NCBI GenBank assembly: GCA_905206345.1
Contig: CAJLGW010000001.1
Coordinates: forward strand, 27,670-91,669
Length of the DNA: 64,000 nucleotides
Source: an uncultured Sutterella sp.
GTDB taxonomy: Bacteria; Pseudomonadota; Gammaproteobacteria; Burkholderiales; Burkholderiaceae_F
Direction of reading: 5' to 3'
Position numbers and translations under genes: made by a program
The notes under the pieces: generated by a model
Seen by the model: the letters and a program-made list of their open reading frames with translations, nothing else
What the model was told of the DNA's origin: nothing
Databases searched by the model: none
Shown: in pieces, positions 20,131-31,003 of the stretch
Position numbering within the stretch: position 1 is the first letter of the stretch
Layout: the number at the start of each line of letters is the position of its first letter

Positions 20131-21519
20131 ATGAAATTCGCAATCAATCGCATTCACTTTGTCGGTATCGGCGGTACTGGGATGAACGGTATTGCCGAAG
20201 TCTTTGTGACATTGGGCTATCGTGTAACAGGCTCTGATGTGGCAACTAATGTTGCCACTCAACGCCTTGAAAGTTTAGGCGTTTCCATTTTCCACGAACA
20301 CGATGCTCGTAATGTCCAAGGTGCTGATGTGGTTGTGACGTCTTCTGCCATTAAGGCAGACAATCCTGAAGTGGTCGCTGCGCGTGAAGCCCGAATTCCA
20401 GTGGTGCCTCGTGCCCAAATGTTGGCCGAATTGATGCGATTCAGAAGTGGCATTGCGATTGCCGGCGCTCACGGCAAAACTACGACAACGTCTTTGGTGG
20501 CAAGTCTTTTAGCCGCTGGTGGTTTGGATCCGACGTTTGTCATCGGTGGTCGATTAAATAGTGCGGGTTCCAACGCTCGATTAGGGGGCGGGGAATTTAT
20601 TGTGGCAGAGGCCGATGAGTCTGATGCTTCCTTCTTGTGCTTGTCTCCTGTGATTGCTGCGGTAACCAATATTGACGAAGATCATATGGATACCTATGAG
20701 CACAAATATGAAAAATTGGAACAGGCCTTTATCGACTTTTTAACGCGTCTGCCTTTTTACGGTAAGGCTGTGCTTTGCTATGACGATGAAAATGTCCGCA
20801 AGATGGCACCGCGCGTCAATCGTGAGATTGTGAGCTACGGTTTGTGTGAGGAAGCCGATGTTCGTGCCATTGATGTAAAAGTTGACGGTACGCAAATGAC
20901 TTTTACGGTGTTGCGCAAGGATCGTGAGCCATTGCCGGTGCGTTTGAATTTGCCCGGTTTACACAATGTCCGCAATGCCTTGGCTGCTATTGCGATTGCC
21001 ACAATGGCAGAGGTGAGCGATGAGGCCATTGCTCAAGGTTTGGAAAACTTCAATGGTGTGGGTCGTCGCTTCACTCAATACGGGGAAATCGCGTTACCGC
21101 AAGGCGGATCCTTCCGTTTAATTGACGACTACGGTCATCATCCGCATGAAATGCAAGCAACTCTGGAAGCCGTTCGTGGCGCCTACCCCGGCCAACGTAT
21201 TTTGGTTGCGTTCCAGCCACATCGTTACTCCCGCACGCGTGATTGCTTTGAGGACTTTGTAAAGGTTCTCTCCGGTGTTGACGCTTTGGTGCTTGCCGAT
21301 GTTTATCCTGCTGGTGAAGCTCCGATTCATGGGGCCGACGGTCGAGCATTAGCCCGTGCCATTCGTTTAATCGGCACAACGGAGTTGGTTTTTGTCGATA
21401 CTCCCTTGGAAATGGACGATGCCATTATGAAGTTGGCTAAGCCCGGTGACATTGTTGTCACCATGGGGGCAGGTAGTGTTGGTCAAGTGCCTGTGCGATT
21501 GAAAGCACAAAACGCATAA
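20131..21519 (+). CDS. murC: UDP-MurNAc-L-Ala ligase
   Basis: [36 protein letters not shown]. Confidence 0.97.
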   Translation: MKFAINRIHFVGIGGTGMNGIAEVFVTLGYRVTGSDVATNVATQRLESLGVSIFHEHDARNVQGADVVVTSSAIKADNPEVVAAREARIPVVPRAQMLAELMRFRSGIAIAGAHGKTTTTSLVASLLAAGGLDPTFVIGGRLNSAGSNARLGGGEFIVAEADESDASFLCLSPVIAAVTNIDEDHMDTYEHKYEKLEQAFIDFLTRLPFYGKAVLCYDDENVRKMAPRVNREIVSYGLCEEADVRAIDVKVDGTQMTFTVLRKDREPLPVRLNLPGLHNVRNALAAIAIATMAEVSDEAIAQGLENFNGVGRRFTQYGEIALPQGGSFRLIDDYGHHPHEMQATLEAVRGAYPGQRILVAFQPHRYSRTRDCFEDFVKVLSGVDALVLADVYPAGEAPIHGADGRALARAIRLIGTTELVFVDTPLEMDDAIMKLAKPGDIVVTMGAGSVGQVPVRLKAQNA

Positions 21520-21549
21520 AGTTATTTTTGCTAATTGAGGTTAGTTCTT

Positions 21550-22521
21550 ATGTCAAACGAAACGAAAAAAGCGATCGATCCTGCTTCTTTGGGGAAGGTA
21601 GTCGTATTGATGGGTGGACGTTCCAGCGAACGTGAAGTCTCCTTGATGAGTGGGAAAGGTGTTTATGACGCTCTTGTAGAAGCCGGTGTCGATGTCACGC
21701 GTTTTGATCCACAAGAACAACCCCTTTCAGAGTTGGAAAAAGGCCAATTTGATCGTGCCATGATTTCTCTTCATGGTCGTTTTGGTGAAGACGGTACGAT
21801 TCAAGGCGTCTTAGAATACCTTAATCTTCCGTACACCGGCCCTGGCGTTCGTTCTAGCTCAATTGCCATTGATAAAGCAATGACCAAACGCGTTTGGAGT
21901 GCTGCTGGTATTCCTGTGCCCAACGGCATGACGGTGACCAAAGACGATGATATGAATTTAGTCATTCAATCGTTGGGTGCCAATTTGGTGGTCAAGCCCG
22001 CCCATGAAGGCTCCAGCATCGGTTTGAGTAAGCTTGAAAATGCAACGCCTGAAATGTTGCAAGAAGCCGTTAATAAGGCAAGCAACTTGGATCCGCATGT
22101 CTTGGTTGAAGAGCGTATTTACGGTCGTGAATTGACGGTGGCCGTGTTAGGCCCAGGTCAAACGGCTCGTGCTTTGCCGATTATTGAAATTGTGGCTCCG
22201 GATGGTGACTACGACTATCAAAACAAGTATTTCACGACGGTCGTTCATTATGAGTGTCCGGCTCAGTTGCCCGAAGAGCAAGCTGCTGAGATTCGTCAAG
22301 TGTGCGAACGTGCCTACCGTGTTTTAGGAGGTCGTGGTTGGAGTCGTATTGATGTGATGTTGACCGATGATGGTCGTTTTGTTTTATTGGAAATGAATAC
22401 TTCTCCGGGCATGACTTCGCACTCTTTGGTTCCGATGGCCGCAAGCAAAGAGGGCATGAGCTATCAAGATTTGGTCTTAGAAGTCCTCAGCCAAGCAACT
22501 TTGGATAACAAAGAACGCTAA
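21550..22521 (+). CDS. ddl: D-Ala-D-Ala ligase
   Basis: GGRSSEREVSL, LHGRFGEDG, YDYQNKY, EMNTSPG. Confidence 0.96.
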   Translation: MSNETKKAIDPASLGKVVVLMGGRSSEREVSLMSGKGVYDALVEAGVDVTRFDPQEQPLSELEKGQFDRAMISLHGRFGEDGTIQGVLEYLNLPYTGPGVRSSSIAIDKAMTKRVWSAAGIPVPNGMTVTKDDDMNLVIQSLGANLVVKPAHEGSSIGLSKLENATPEMLQEAVNKASNLDPHVLVEERIYGRELTVAVLGPGQTARALPIIEIVAPDGDYDYQNKYFTTVVHYECPAQLPEEQAAEIRQVCERAYRVLGGRGWSRIDVMLTDDGRFVLLEMNTSPGMTSHSLVPMAASKEGMSYQDLVLEVLSQATLDNKER

Positions 22522-22532
22522 TTCTGCGTTTT

Positions 22533-23339
22533 ATGAAAGTAGTTCTTCGAAAACTCCTTATTGTTGTAGGGATTCTGTTGGTGATTGCCGCAGTTGCGGT
22601 CAGCAGTTTCCCTCACTACTTTATTTCGTTTTTTGAAATAAAGAAGGTTGAGTTAGTCGGGGAAACTGATCATATCTCGCCGATGCACTTCAAGCGTTCA
22701 TTAGGCAATACGGTTGAGGGGAACTTTTTTGATATTGACCTTGAGGCTATCCGAATGGCGGCTTTAGGGGCACCTTGGGTGAAAGAAGCGAGCGTTCATA
22801 AAGTTTGGCCCAATCGTATTCGTATTCGTATCAAAGAGCATCGTGCGTTAGCGCTATGGGAAGACGGACGTCTGGTTTCTGTAGAAGGCATTTTATTTGC
22901 TGCCAATCCCGATGAAGCGGAAAACTCAACGGATTTACCCGAGTTTTTTGGACCGGCCGATCGGGTTCGAGATGTGACGCGACGCTATAAACGGTTTAGT
23001 CAGATGCTCAAGACCGTGATTCCAGAGGCAAAAGTGACGGAATTGAGTGTCTCCGATCGCGATAGTTGGACGCTTGCTATTGCTTCGAAAAAGATTCCAC
23101 CAACACGTATTGAATTAGGTACAGAGCAAAGCGACTGGACGCTTGAAGACCGTTTTGGTGTTGTCATTGTTCAGTATCCTGAAGTTGTTGCTTTGATGAA
23201 GGGAGCGCCCTCAAGTATAGATGCTCGTTATGAGAATGCCTTTTCGGCAACGTTGCCGGAAAATGCTTTAAAGAGACTGCCCTCGAAAGATAATCGCAGA
23301 CGAGAGGCAGAAGTTGTTGCAGAACGATACCGCCAATGA
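22533..23339 (+). CDS. ftsQ: Cell division protein FtsQ
   Basis: TM segment plus POTRA domain (PWVKEASVHKVWPN); IDARYENAF motif; position in cluster. Confidence 0.9.
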   Translation: MKVVLRKLLIVVGILLVIAAVAVSSFPHYFISFFEIKKVELVGETDHISPMHFKRSLGNTVEGNFFDIDLEAIRMAALGAPWVKEASVHKVWPNRIRIRIKEHRALALWEDGRLVSVEGILFAANPDEAENSTDLPEFFGPADRVRDVTRRYKRFSQMLKTVIPEAKVTELSVSDRDSWTLAIASKKIPPTRIELGTEQSDWTLEDRFGVVIVQYPEVVALMKGAPSSIDARYENAFSATLPENALKRLPSKDNRRREAEVVAERYRQ

Positions 23340-24643
23340 AAGAACTTGCTAATAAATCAATTACGGTCACGGCTATTGACATTGGATCTAGCAAAATTAT
23401 TGTGGTCTTAGCCGAAGTCTTTTCTGACGGCACCTACAAGGTGTTGGGGCATGGTCGTACTGAGTCAAAGAAGTCGATTATTGCGGGAAGTATTCAAAGA
23501 CCTGAAGACCTTTTAAAGCAGTTAAATGAAGCTTTAGATGAGGCTGTAAGAACGGCTAATTTCAAAGGACCGTCTTTGGGGCGAATTTGTACGACGATTT
23601 CCGGTCAACCTGTGACGGGGCGTAATTCAACGGCAGAAATTCCTTTACCAGGGGCCGAGGTCACGCTTGAGGACATGAAAAAGGTCGTTGAACGTGCCGA
23701 AGATGCTTTAGAGTTGCATCAAGATGAGCGCTTGATTAAATCCGAGCGTTTGTATTTTTGCATCGATGATCAAACCGAAGAGCAAGGTCTTGAAAATCCG
23801 CTTGGTGTAAAGGGCTCTCGTATTTCGGTGCATTTGCATTCCGCAGTGGCCGGTGCTGTAAATGCTGTCAATCGAATTCAATTAATTAACCGTACCGACC
23901 TTGATGTTTCAACTGTATTACCCGAAGGGTGGGCGAGTGGTTATAGCGTTTTAACTGAAGATGAACGTCAAATTGGTGTTGTTTTAGTCGATATCGGAGA
24001 TGAGACGACGGATATTGTTGTCTTTAAGGGTGGTCATCCTCGCTTTACCCATACGATTAATATGGGGGGAAGTATCATCACTAAGCGCCTCATGGGATAT
24101 ATGCATTGCAAAGATTTTGAGGCCGAGGCTGTCAAAATGCGTCTCGATCTGCGTCATGAAAAAGAGGATGAAACGCAAATTTTATTCAGTAGTGGTGTAG
24201 AACCCAATGTAAGGCACTTCAATAAGCGAGAACTTTCAATCCTGGCTTGCAAAGAGTTTGGAGCACTTTGTAATCAAATTGGGGTGATTCTTTATAACAA
24301 CGGTTGGTACATCAAACGAGATGGACATCCCTACAATAAACTTCCCGGTGGGGTCGTTATTACAGGGGGGGCGACCTTGATGATGGGGGCTGCCGAGTTT
24401 ATTTCTTCAATTCCTGGGTTTTATCGTGAAACTTTTGCAGCTCGACAAGGGCGATCGCTCTACGAAGGGGATGGCTGCATGGGGTTAACTTCTCCGCGAG
24501 AAAGTGCCGTGATGGGTTTGATCGCTTATGAAGCTAGACGCTTTATGTTGGGGGAAGACGATAAAGATGTTACCTCTGAGGACGATACGTGGGTTTCTAA
24601 GATAAAGCGCATGACCAAAGAGTTTTTTATCGGTCAGTACTAA
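23336..24643 (+). CDS. ftsA: Cell division protein FtsA (divergent)
   Basis: AIDIGSSKI, VLTEDE, VDIG, ITGG; C-terminal amphipathic helix; lies between ftsQ and ftsZ. Confidence 0.9.
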   Translation: MKELANKSITVTAIDIGSSKIIVVLAEVFSDGTYKVLGHGRTESKKSIIAGSIQRPEDLLKQLNEALDEAVRTANFKGPSLGRICTTISGQPVTGRNSTAEIPLPGAEVTLEDMKKVVERAEDALELHQDERLIKSERLYFCIDDQTEEQGLENPLGVKGSRISVHLHSAVAGAVNAVNRIQLINRTDLDVSTVLPEGWASGYSVLTEDERQIGVVLVDIGDETTDIVVFKGGHPRFTHTINMGGSIITKRLMGYMHCKDFEAEAVKMRLDLRHEKEDETQILFSSGVEPNVRHFNKRELSILACKEFGALCNQIGVILYNNGWYIKRDGHPYNKLPGGVVITGGATLMMGAAEFISSIPGFYRETFAARQGRSLYEGDGCMGLTSPRESAVMGLIAYEARRFMLGEDDKDVTSEDDTWVSKIKRMTKEFFIGQY

Positions 24644-24736
24644 AGCCGTAAGAAAAACAACAAATTTCTTGATTTTTTCTAGCCAAAATGTGAGCTTTTA
24701 AGTCATAATTAGAGAATTGGTTTTGGAGAAATATTT

Positions 24737-26077
24737 ATGTTCGATGTCGTCAATGATGAACCCCGTCAAACCGTAATTAAAGTTGTTGGTGTTGGTGGTG
24801 GTGGCGGTAACGCCGTAGAACACATGATTGAGCGTGGTGCTCAAGGTATTCAGTTCATTGCAATTAATACTGACTACACCGCATTGTCACGCTCTCGCGC
24901 ACACGCAACTCTTCAAATCGGTAAGACTGGTTTGGGTGCAGGTGCTCATCCTGAGGTGGGTGAACAGGCTGCTATTGAGTCTAAGGATCGCATCCGCGAA
25001 TTGCTCCAAGGCGCTAATTTGGTTTTCATCACTGCCGGTATGGGTGGTGGTACGGGTACGGGTGCAGCTCCTGTGGTTGCACAAATTGCTCGTGAAATGG
25101 GCATTTTGACGGTCGCTGTTGTCACAAAGCCCTTTAGCTACGAAGGTGCTCGCCGTATGCAACGAGCTGAAGAAGGTTTGTTGCGCTTGAAGGAAGCCGT
25201 GGATAGCCAAATCGTGATTCTCAATGACAAATTGGAAGACGAATTGGGCGAAGATGCCACTGTGAGCGAATGCTTTGCTGCTGCTGACGACGTGCTCTTT
25301 AAGGCTTGTGCTGGTATTACCGAAATCATTCAATCTCCTGGCTTGATTGGCGTTGACTTTGAAGACCTCCGCACTGTGATGAGTGAACGCGGTACGGCCA
25401 TGATGGGTTCTGCCATTGCTACGGGTCCGGATCGTGCACGCATCGCAGCAGAAAACGCGGTTGCCTGCCCGTTGTTGGAAGGCGTGACGCTCAATGGTGC
25501 TCGTGGTGTGTTGGTTTACATCACCGCCAGCGAAGAAAGCATGAAGATGAAAGAAACCAAGACAGTGATGAATATCATTACGAACTTCACTGCCAAGGGT
25601 GCTCAAGTGATCTATGGCTCTGCCTACGATGACAGCATGGGTGATTCTATGCGTGTTACGGTGGTTGCTACGGGTCTTGACGGTGGTGTTGATCACTCGA
25701 TTCCACCGTTGGAAAAGAAGGAAGAAGAACGTCCTGTTTGGGCAACGACTGCCACTAAGCCGGCCGTTCAAGTGCAGCCGATGGCAACTGCTCCTGCTCA
25801 ACAAGCTGCAAAACCGGCCGCTTCCGTGACCAATATTTGGGATTTGCCTCTTTCTCATCAAGAGGCTGTTGTGCCGCCGGCTCAACCGAGTCCCAATGTG
25901 ATGCAACCGATGACTTCTCAACCGGTTCAACCACAAGAACCGGCTGCTAAACCGCAACAAGAGTTGGGTGAAACGGTGCCGATGCCCTTTGGCCCGGCAG
26001 AAGAAGAGCCTGAAGAAAGTCCTTCTCGCGATTGGCCGTCCACCGGTTGGTGGTCAAGCCGTCGAGACGGGAAGTAA
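24737..26077 (+). CDS. ftsZ: Cell division protein FtsZ
   Basis: VGVGGGGGNAV and GMGGGTGTG tubulin signature; long P/Q/A-rich linker; atypical tail. Confidence 0.97.
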   Translation: MFDVVNDEPRQTVIKVVGVGGGGGNAVEHMIERGAQGIQFIAINTDYTALSRSRAHATLQIGKTGLGAGAHPEVGEQAAIESKDRIRELLQGANLVFITAGMGGGTGTGAAPVVAQIAREMGILTVAVVTKPFSYEGARRMQRAEEGLLRLKEAVDSQIVILNDKLEDELGEDATVSECFAAADDVLFKACAGITEIIQSPGLIGVDFEDLRTVMSERGTAMMGSAIATGPDRARIAAENAVACPLLEGVTLNGARGVLVYITASEESMKMKETKTVMNIITNFTAKGAQVIYGSAYDDSMGDSMRVTVVATGLDGGVDHSIPPLEKKEEERPVWATTATKPAVQVQPMATAPAQQAAKPAASVTNIWDLPLSHQEAVVPPAQPSPNVMQPMTSQPVQPQEPAAKPQQELGETVPMPFGPAEEEPEESPSRDWPSTGWWSSRRDGK

Positions 26078-26175
26078 TTTATACAGCTAGTCCAATAAGT
26101 GTTTTTCGCCGATTTATTCGGCGAAAAACGTCTTAGAACCTCCCAACCAATCTTGTTGCTAAAAAGCTTGCCATT

Positions 26176-27087
26176 ATGCTGAAACAAAGAACGTTGAAAA
26201 AGCCGTTAAAGACCGTAGGTATCGGTTTGCACTCGGGTCAAAAAGTTTGTTTGACTTTGCGTCCAGCTGAACCCGACACTGGCATTGTTTATACGCGTGT
26301 AGATTTGGATCCGCCTGTGGTGATGCCTGCAGAGGCAACTCGCGTTAACGATACGCGAATGGCAACGACCTTAAATGAAGGCAACGTAAAAATCTCCACC
26401 ATTGAACACTTAATGAGTGCGTTGAGCGGTTTGGGGATTGATAACTGTTATGTGGATGTTGACGCTTCTGAAATTCCGATCATGGACGGTTCGGGTGCGA
26501 GTTTTGTGTTCTTGATTCAGGCCGCTGGTGTGGTCGAACAAGAGGCCCCGAAGCGTTTTGTGCGAGTGTTAAAGCCCGTTAAGGTGATCGATGGTGACAA
26601 ATGGGCAATGCTTGAACCTCATGAAGGTTATAAGCTCGCTTTTTCCATTAATTTCGGTCATCCTGCGATTGATGCAACGGTGCAATTTACCGAAGTTGAT
26701 ATGGCAGAAACAACGTACAAGAATGCCGTTTCTCGAGCTCGTACCTTCGGTTTCGTTCAAGACGTTGAAATGCTTCGTTCAATCGGCTTAGCTCAAGGCG
26801 GTACGCTTGAAAATGCCGTTGTGATGGACGAGGCTAAAATCCTTAATCGTGACGGTCTTCGTGCCCAAGACGAGTTTGTCAAACACAAGATTTTGGACGC
26901 CATGGGTGACCTTTATGTTTTAGGCCATCCTCTATTGGCTCGCTACAGTGCCTATAAATCCGGTCATGGATTAAATAACCAATTGTTAAGGGCTCTTTTA
27001 GCCGATCCCACCGCTTGGGAATGGGCAACGTTTGAAGGCAAAGATTATCCCGAGGATTTTGCCCTGGAACGTGCGAATGCGCTTTAA
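26176..27087 (+). CDS. lpxC: UDP-3-O-acyl-GlcNAc deacetylase
   Basis: [24 protein letters not shown]. Confidence 0.97.
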   Translation: MLKQRTLKKPLKTVGIGLHSGQKVCLTLRPAEPDTGIVYTRVDLDPPVVMPAEATRVNDTRMATTLNEGNVKISTIEHLMSALSGLGIDNCYVDVDASEIPIMDGSGASFVFLIQAAGVVEQEAPKRFVRVLKPVKVIDGDKWAMLEPHEGYKLAFSINFGHPAIDATVQFTEVDMAETTYKNAVSRARTFGFVQDVEMLRSIGLAQGGTLENAVVMDEAKILNRDGLRAQDEFVKHKILDAMGDLYVLGHPLLARYSAYKSGHGLNNQLLRALLADPTAWEWATFEGKDYPEDFALERANAL

Positions 27088-27511
27088 TGTCGATAAACGA
27101 CTTGGTTGGTTGTTGAGTGGCATCATTTCGGTGTCACTTTTGGGGTGCTCGACGCCACCCACAGATCCCACGGCAGTAGTCATCAGAGAGATGGCCACGC
27201 CATCACAACAGTTCATGATTCGTGAACAAGATCGTGCAATTGAATTGACGCGAGACGATCGTGTCAGAAAACTTCTTAGAGCGTTTCAACGCCAACATCC
27301 TAAAGCCGTTGATGTGATGCAAAAAGTGGCAGGCTATCTGAATTACGGGCGCTTGAGCGTTGATGCCCATTTGATTATCTACCATGAGCGTGAGGGGGCG
27401 ATTAAGACGCCTGTCAACATGGATGTATTGGTTGCGTACCTAGAAAATATGTATGCCCGTCAAGACCAAGAAAGAATGCCTGCCTACATTGCGCCGACAA
27501 CTACGCCTTAA
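27077..27511 (+). CDS. Hypothetical lipoprotein
   Basis: ATG at 27077 overlaps the end of lpxC; hydrophobic stretch followed by lipobox SLLG-C. Confidence 0.7.
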   Translation: MRFNVDKRLGWLLSGIISVSLLGCSTPPTDPTAVVIREMATPSQQFMIREQDRAIELTRDDRVRKLLRAFQRQHPKAVDVMQKVAGYLNYGRLSVDAHLIIYHEREGAIKTPVNMDVLVAYLENMYARQDQERMPAYIAPTTTP

Positions 27512-27953
27512 GTGCTTGCGCTAAGCGCTCTAGAGCCTCTCTAACATCATCATCTTTAGCTAACTGTGCTTCTTCGTAGACTTGTTGTGCAGCCTCAGGC
27601 GGAGCAATGCGAGACTCTCCTTTGGGATAGGCTTCGGGCTGAGCAAGCGCGGTGATTTTCCCGCTTCGAATCGCAATGATTGGAACGGTAATTCCGGCAT
27701 CAAAAAGTTTTTTTTCAATGGTGGGCTGAATCTGTTTGAGGCGATTAGCCATCGTTGGCGTGACGGTGTTAATAGTGATGCCTTGTGGCTGATGGGTCAC
27801 ATGCGTGCAATTCATAATGTCGATTCGCACACCTTTAGAAACGCAAGCTTGAGCAATCAAAGTCTTGAGTCGGGCGCTTTGCAATTCCATTTTTAAAAAC
27901 GAATCTGCACCTTGATTTTCCAAGATTTGGTGGAAATTTCGCATATCTCTCAT
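27501..27953 (-). CDS. Hypothetical protein, possibly DciA/DUF721 family
   Basis: GGAG RBS; divergent from secA at the usual DUF721 position; ANRLKQIQPTI weakly resembles the DciA motif. Confidence 0.55.
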   Translation of the reverse strand: MRDMRNFHQILENQGADSFLKMELQSARLKTLIAQACVSKGVRIDIMNCTHVTHQPQGITINTVTPTMANRLKQIQPTIEKKLFDAGITVPIIAIRSGKITALAQPEAYPKGESRIAPPEAAQQVYEEAQLAKDDDVREALERLAQALKA

Positions 27954-28158
27954 GGTGCGTGCTCCAAAATTCAATATTCGTCACAAAACGTTAAGAAAAC
28001 CTTACGTTTTTCAAGGGAAAAATAGTCAAAAAAGCCCTGTTAATGTGCGATAATTCAACGCTATGGATTGTACAACGAAAGCAACCGTAAACGCATTTCG
28101 GTTGCTTTCTAAATCTGTTTCCTGAGGGTATTAGGGGACGGGATTAAGGTATTTAAAG

Positions 28159-30948
28159 ATGTTTTCTGAGCTTTTAACCAAAATTTTCGGCAGTCGTAAC
28201 GATCGCTTGATTAAACAATATCGTCGCCAATGTGTCGCTATCAACAAATTGGAAGATTCGATGAAGGCGCTCACGGATGAGCAACTTCAAGCCAAAACAC
28301 AAGAATTTCGCGATCGTTTGGCCAAGGGTGAAACCTTAGAAGCATTGTTGCCTGAAGCTTTCGCAGTCGTTCGTGAAGCCAGTGTCCGTGTGTTGGGCAT
28401 GCGTCACTTTGATGTGCAGTTAATCGGCGGTATGGTGCTCAATGATGGCAAGATTGCTGAAATGCGTACCGGTGAAGGTAAGACTTTGACGGCAACGTTA
28501 GCCGTTTACTTAAATGCGTTGCCTGCCAAGGGTGTACACGTTGTGACGGTCAATGATTATTTGGCTCGCCGTGACGCCGAATGGATGGGCCGCCTCTACA
28601 ATTTCTTAGGTTTGAGCGTCGGTACGATTTATAGCCAACAACCCAACGAAGAAAAGGTGTTGGCTTACGCTGCCGATATCACGTACGGTACCAATAACGA
28701 ATTCGGTTTCGACTACTTGCGTGACAACATGGAGTACGACATTAACCACCGTCGCCAACGCGGTTTGGCTTATGCTATCGTTGACGAAGTGGACTCCATT
28801 TTGATTGACGAAGCCCGTACGCCGTTGATTATTTCGGGCCCGGCCGATGACAATACCGATCTCTATGCTCAAATCAACGAGATTCCGTCACTTTTGACGC
28901 GTCAAGCAACCGAAGACGGTGAAGGTGATTATTGGGTCGATGAAAAGGCTCATCAAGTCTACATTTCTGAAGCTGGTCATGAACACATTGAACAAATTTT
29001 GACAGAACGCGGCATGATTCCAGCCGGTCAAAGTTTGTACTCCGGTCAAAACATCATTTTGATGCACCATTTGCAAGCCAGTTTGCGTGCTCACGCTCTC
29101 TTTAAGCGCGACCAACACTATGTTGTGCAAAACGGCGAAATCGTGATCGTTGACGAATTTACGGGTCGTTTGATGCCGGGTCGTCGCTGGTCTGAAGGTT
29201 TGCACCAAGCTGTTGAAGCTAAGGAAGGTGTGAAAATCAATCAAGAAAATCAAACGTTTGCTTCTATTACGTTCCAAAACTACTTCCGTATGTATACGAA
29301 GTTGTCCGGTATGACGGGTACGGCCGATACGGAAGCTTACGAATTCCAAGACATTTACGGTTTGGAAACGGTTGTGATTCCGACCCATCGTGCGATGATT
29401 CGTGATGACCAACAAGACAAGGTTTTCCGCACGGTTGACGAAAAGTATCGTGCCATTGTTGAAGACATCAAAGAATGTTGCCAACGTGAACAACCGGTGC
29501 TTTTGGGGACGACCTCAATTGAGAACTCTGAAGCTTTGAGCCAATTGTTGACGAAAGAAGGCATTAGCCACAATGTCTTAAATGCTAAGCAACACGAAAA
29601 AGAAGCACAAATCGTACTTGAAGCCGGTCGCCCTGGCATGGTGACCATTGCTACCAACATGGCCGGTCGTGGTACCGACATCGTGTTGGGGGGTGGCATT
29701 AATAAGATTATTGATTCCATCCAAAAGAATGAAGAATTGACCGAAGAACAAAAGACGGCTGAAATCGAAAAGATGCGTGAAGCTTGGAAGGTTGAACACG
29801 AAAAGGTTGTTCAAGCCGGTGGTTTGCGCATTATCGGTAGTGAACGTCACGAATCCCGTCGTATTGACAACCAATTGCGCGGTCGTGCCGGTCGTCAAGG
29901 TGACCCGGGTTCTTCATGCTTTTATTTGTCGATGGAAGACCCGTTGTTGCGCATCTTCGGTGGTGACCGTATGCGTGCTATTGCCGATAAGTTAAATCTT
30001 GAAGAAGGCGTGGCCATTGAGTCCAACATGCTTTCTCGCATGATTGAAAGTGCTCAACGTAAGGTGGAAGGTCGTAACTACGATATTCGTAAGCAATTGC
30101 TCGAATTCGATGACGTTCAAAATGACCAACGTCGTGAGATTTATCGCTTACGTAACGAAATCCTCGAAAGCCAAGACATGAGCGAAATGATAACGAGCTT
30201 GCGTCACGGGTTCTTTACGGACTTGTTCCGTGCTTTTGTGCCTGCTGATACGGTTGAAGAACAATGGGATTTGAAGGGATTGCAAGAGGTGCTTGCCAAT
30301 GAATGGGGTATCAGCATGGACTTCGAAGCTCAATTGGAAAAGAGCAATTCTGTGACCGATGAAGACTTGTTGGAAATGTTGGTCGCTGAAGCAGATCGCA
30401 TCTACAATGAAAAGGTCGAGTTGGCCGGTGCTCAAGCCATGTCTGACTTTGCCCGTCAAGTGACGTTACAAGTGTTGGATCACATCTGGCGCTCTCACAT
30501 TACAGCTTTGGATGCCTTGCGTCAAGGCATTTATTTGCGTGGCTATGCTCAAAAGCAACCGAAGCAAGAGTATAAGCGTGAAGCCTTTGCCATGTTTGAA
30601 ACGTTGTTGGATCGTGTGCGTGAAAACGTTATGCGCGTGATGATGACGGTTCATGTCCAAACGCGTGAAGAAATGGAAGAGCAACAACGCTTAGCTCAAG
30701 AAGCTGAAGCCCAAGCTCAAATGATGGCTGACCAAGCTGCTCAAAAGGCTCAAGGTGCCCGAGAGTTGCAAGGTGAACAAGCCAATCATACGGTGCGTGA
30801 TGATGAAGGCAATGAGTTGTCCTTCACGGGCATGTCACCCTATGGTGTCGATTTAGATAAGGTGGATTGGCGTGGTGTTTCTCGTAACGCTCAATGCCCG
30901 TGCGGTTCCGGTAAGAAGTTTAAAAACTGTCACGGCCACATTGCCTAA
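28159..30948 (+). CDS. secA: Preprotein translocase ATPase SecA
   Basis: [21 protein letters not shown]-terminal [13 protein letters not shown] zinc-binding motif. Confidence 0.98.
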   Translation: MFSELLTKIFGSRNDRLIKQYRRQCVAINKLEDSMKALTDEQLQAKTQEFRDRLAKGETLEALLPEAFAVVREASVRVLGMRHFDVQLIGGMVLNDGKIAEMRTGEGKTLTATLAVYLNALPAKGVHVVTVNDYLARRDAEWMGRLYNFLGLSVGTIYSQQPNEEKVLAYAADITYGTNNEFGFDYLRDNMEYDINHRRQRGLAYAIVDEVDSILIDEARTPLIISGPADDNTDLYAQINEIPSLLTRQATEDGEGDYWVDEKAHQVYISEAGHEHIEQILTERGMIPAGQSLYSGQNIILMHHLQASLRAHALFKRDQHYVVQNGEIVIVDEFTGRLMPGRRWSEGLHQAVEAKEGVKINQENQTFASITFQNYFRMYTKLSGMTGTADTEAYEFQDIYGLETVVIPTHRAMIRDDQQDKVFRTVDEKYRAIVEDIKECCQREQPVLLGTTSIENSEALSQLLTKEGISHNVLNAKQHEKEAQIVLEAGRPGMVTIATNMAGRGTDIVLGGGINKIIDSIQKNEELTEEQKTAEIEKMREAWKVEHEKVVQAGGLRIIGSERHESRRIDNQLRGRAGRQGDPGSSCFYLSMEDPLLRIFGGDRMRAIADKLNLEEGVAIESNMLSRMIESAQRKVEGRNYDIRKQLLEFDDVQNDQRREIYRLRNEILESQDMSEMITSLRHGFFTDLFRAFVPADTVEEQWDLKGLQEVLANEWGISMDFEAQLEKSNSVTDEDLLEMLVAEADRIYNEKVELAGAQAMSDFARQVTLQVLDHIWRSHITALDALRQGIYLRGYAQKQPKQEYKREAFAMFETLLDRVRENVMRVMMTVHVQTREEMEEQQRLAQEAEAQAQMMADQAAQKAQGARELQGEQANHTVRDDEGNELSFTGMSPYGVDLDKVDWRGVSRNAQCPCGSGKKFKNCHGHIA

Positions 30949-30960
30949 TCAATGACAACT

Positions 30961-30983
30961 AAGAGGCGCGAAAGCGCCTCTTT
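30961..30983 (+). terminator. Hairpin or terminator after secA
   Basis: AAGAGGCGC-gaaa-GCGCCTCTT with a short U tail. Confidence 0.6.
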
Positions 30984-31003
30984 CAATTTGAGGAAATAGA
31001 AAA

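Noticed and set aside
24887..25960. 357-aa ORF antisense to ftsZ
   Set aside because: Typical antisense open frame arising from codon bias in a highly expressed gene.
26101..26129. Inverted repeat after ftsZ as an intrinsic terminator
   Set aside because: The hairpin is real but has T's on the 5' side and A's on the 3' side with no U-tail, so its function is unclear.
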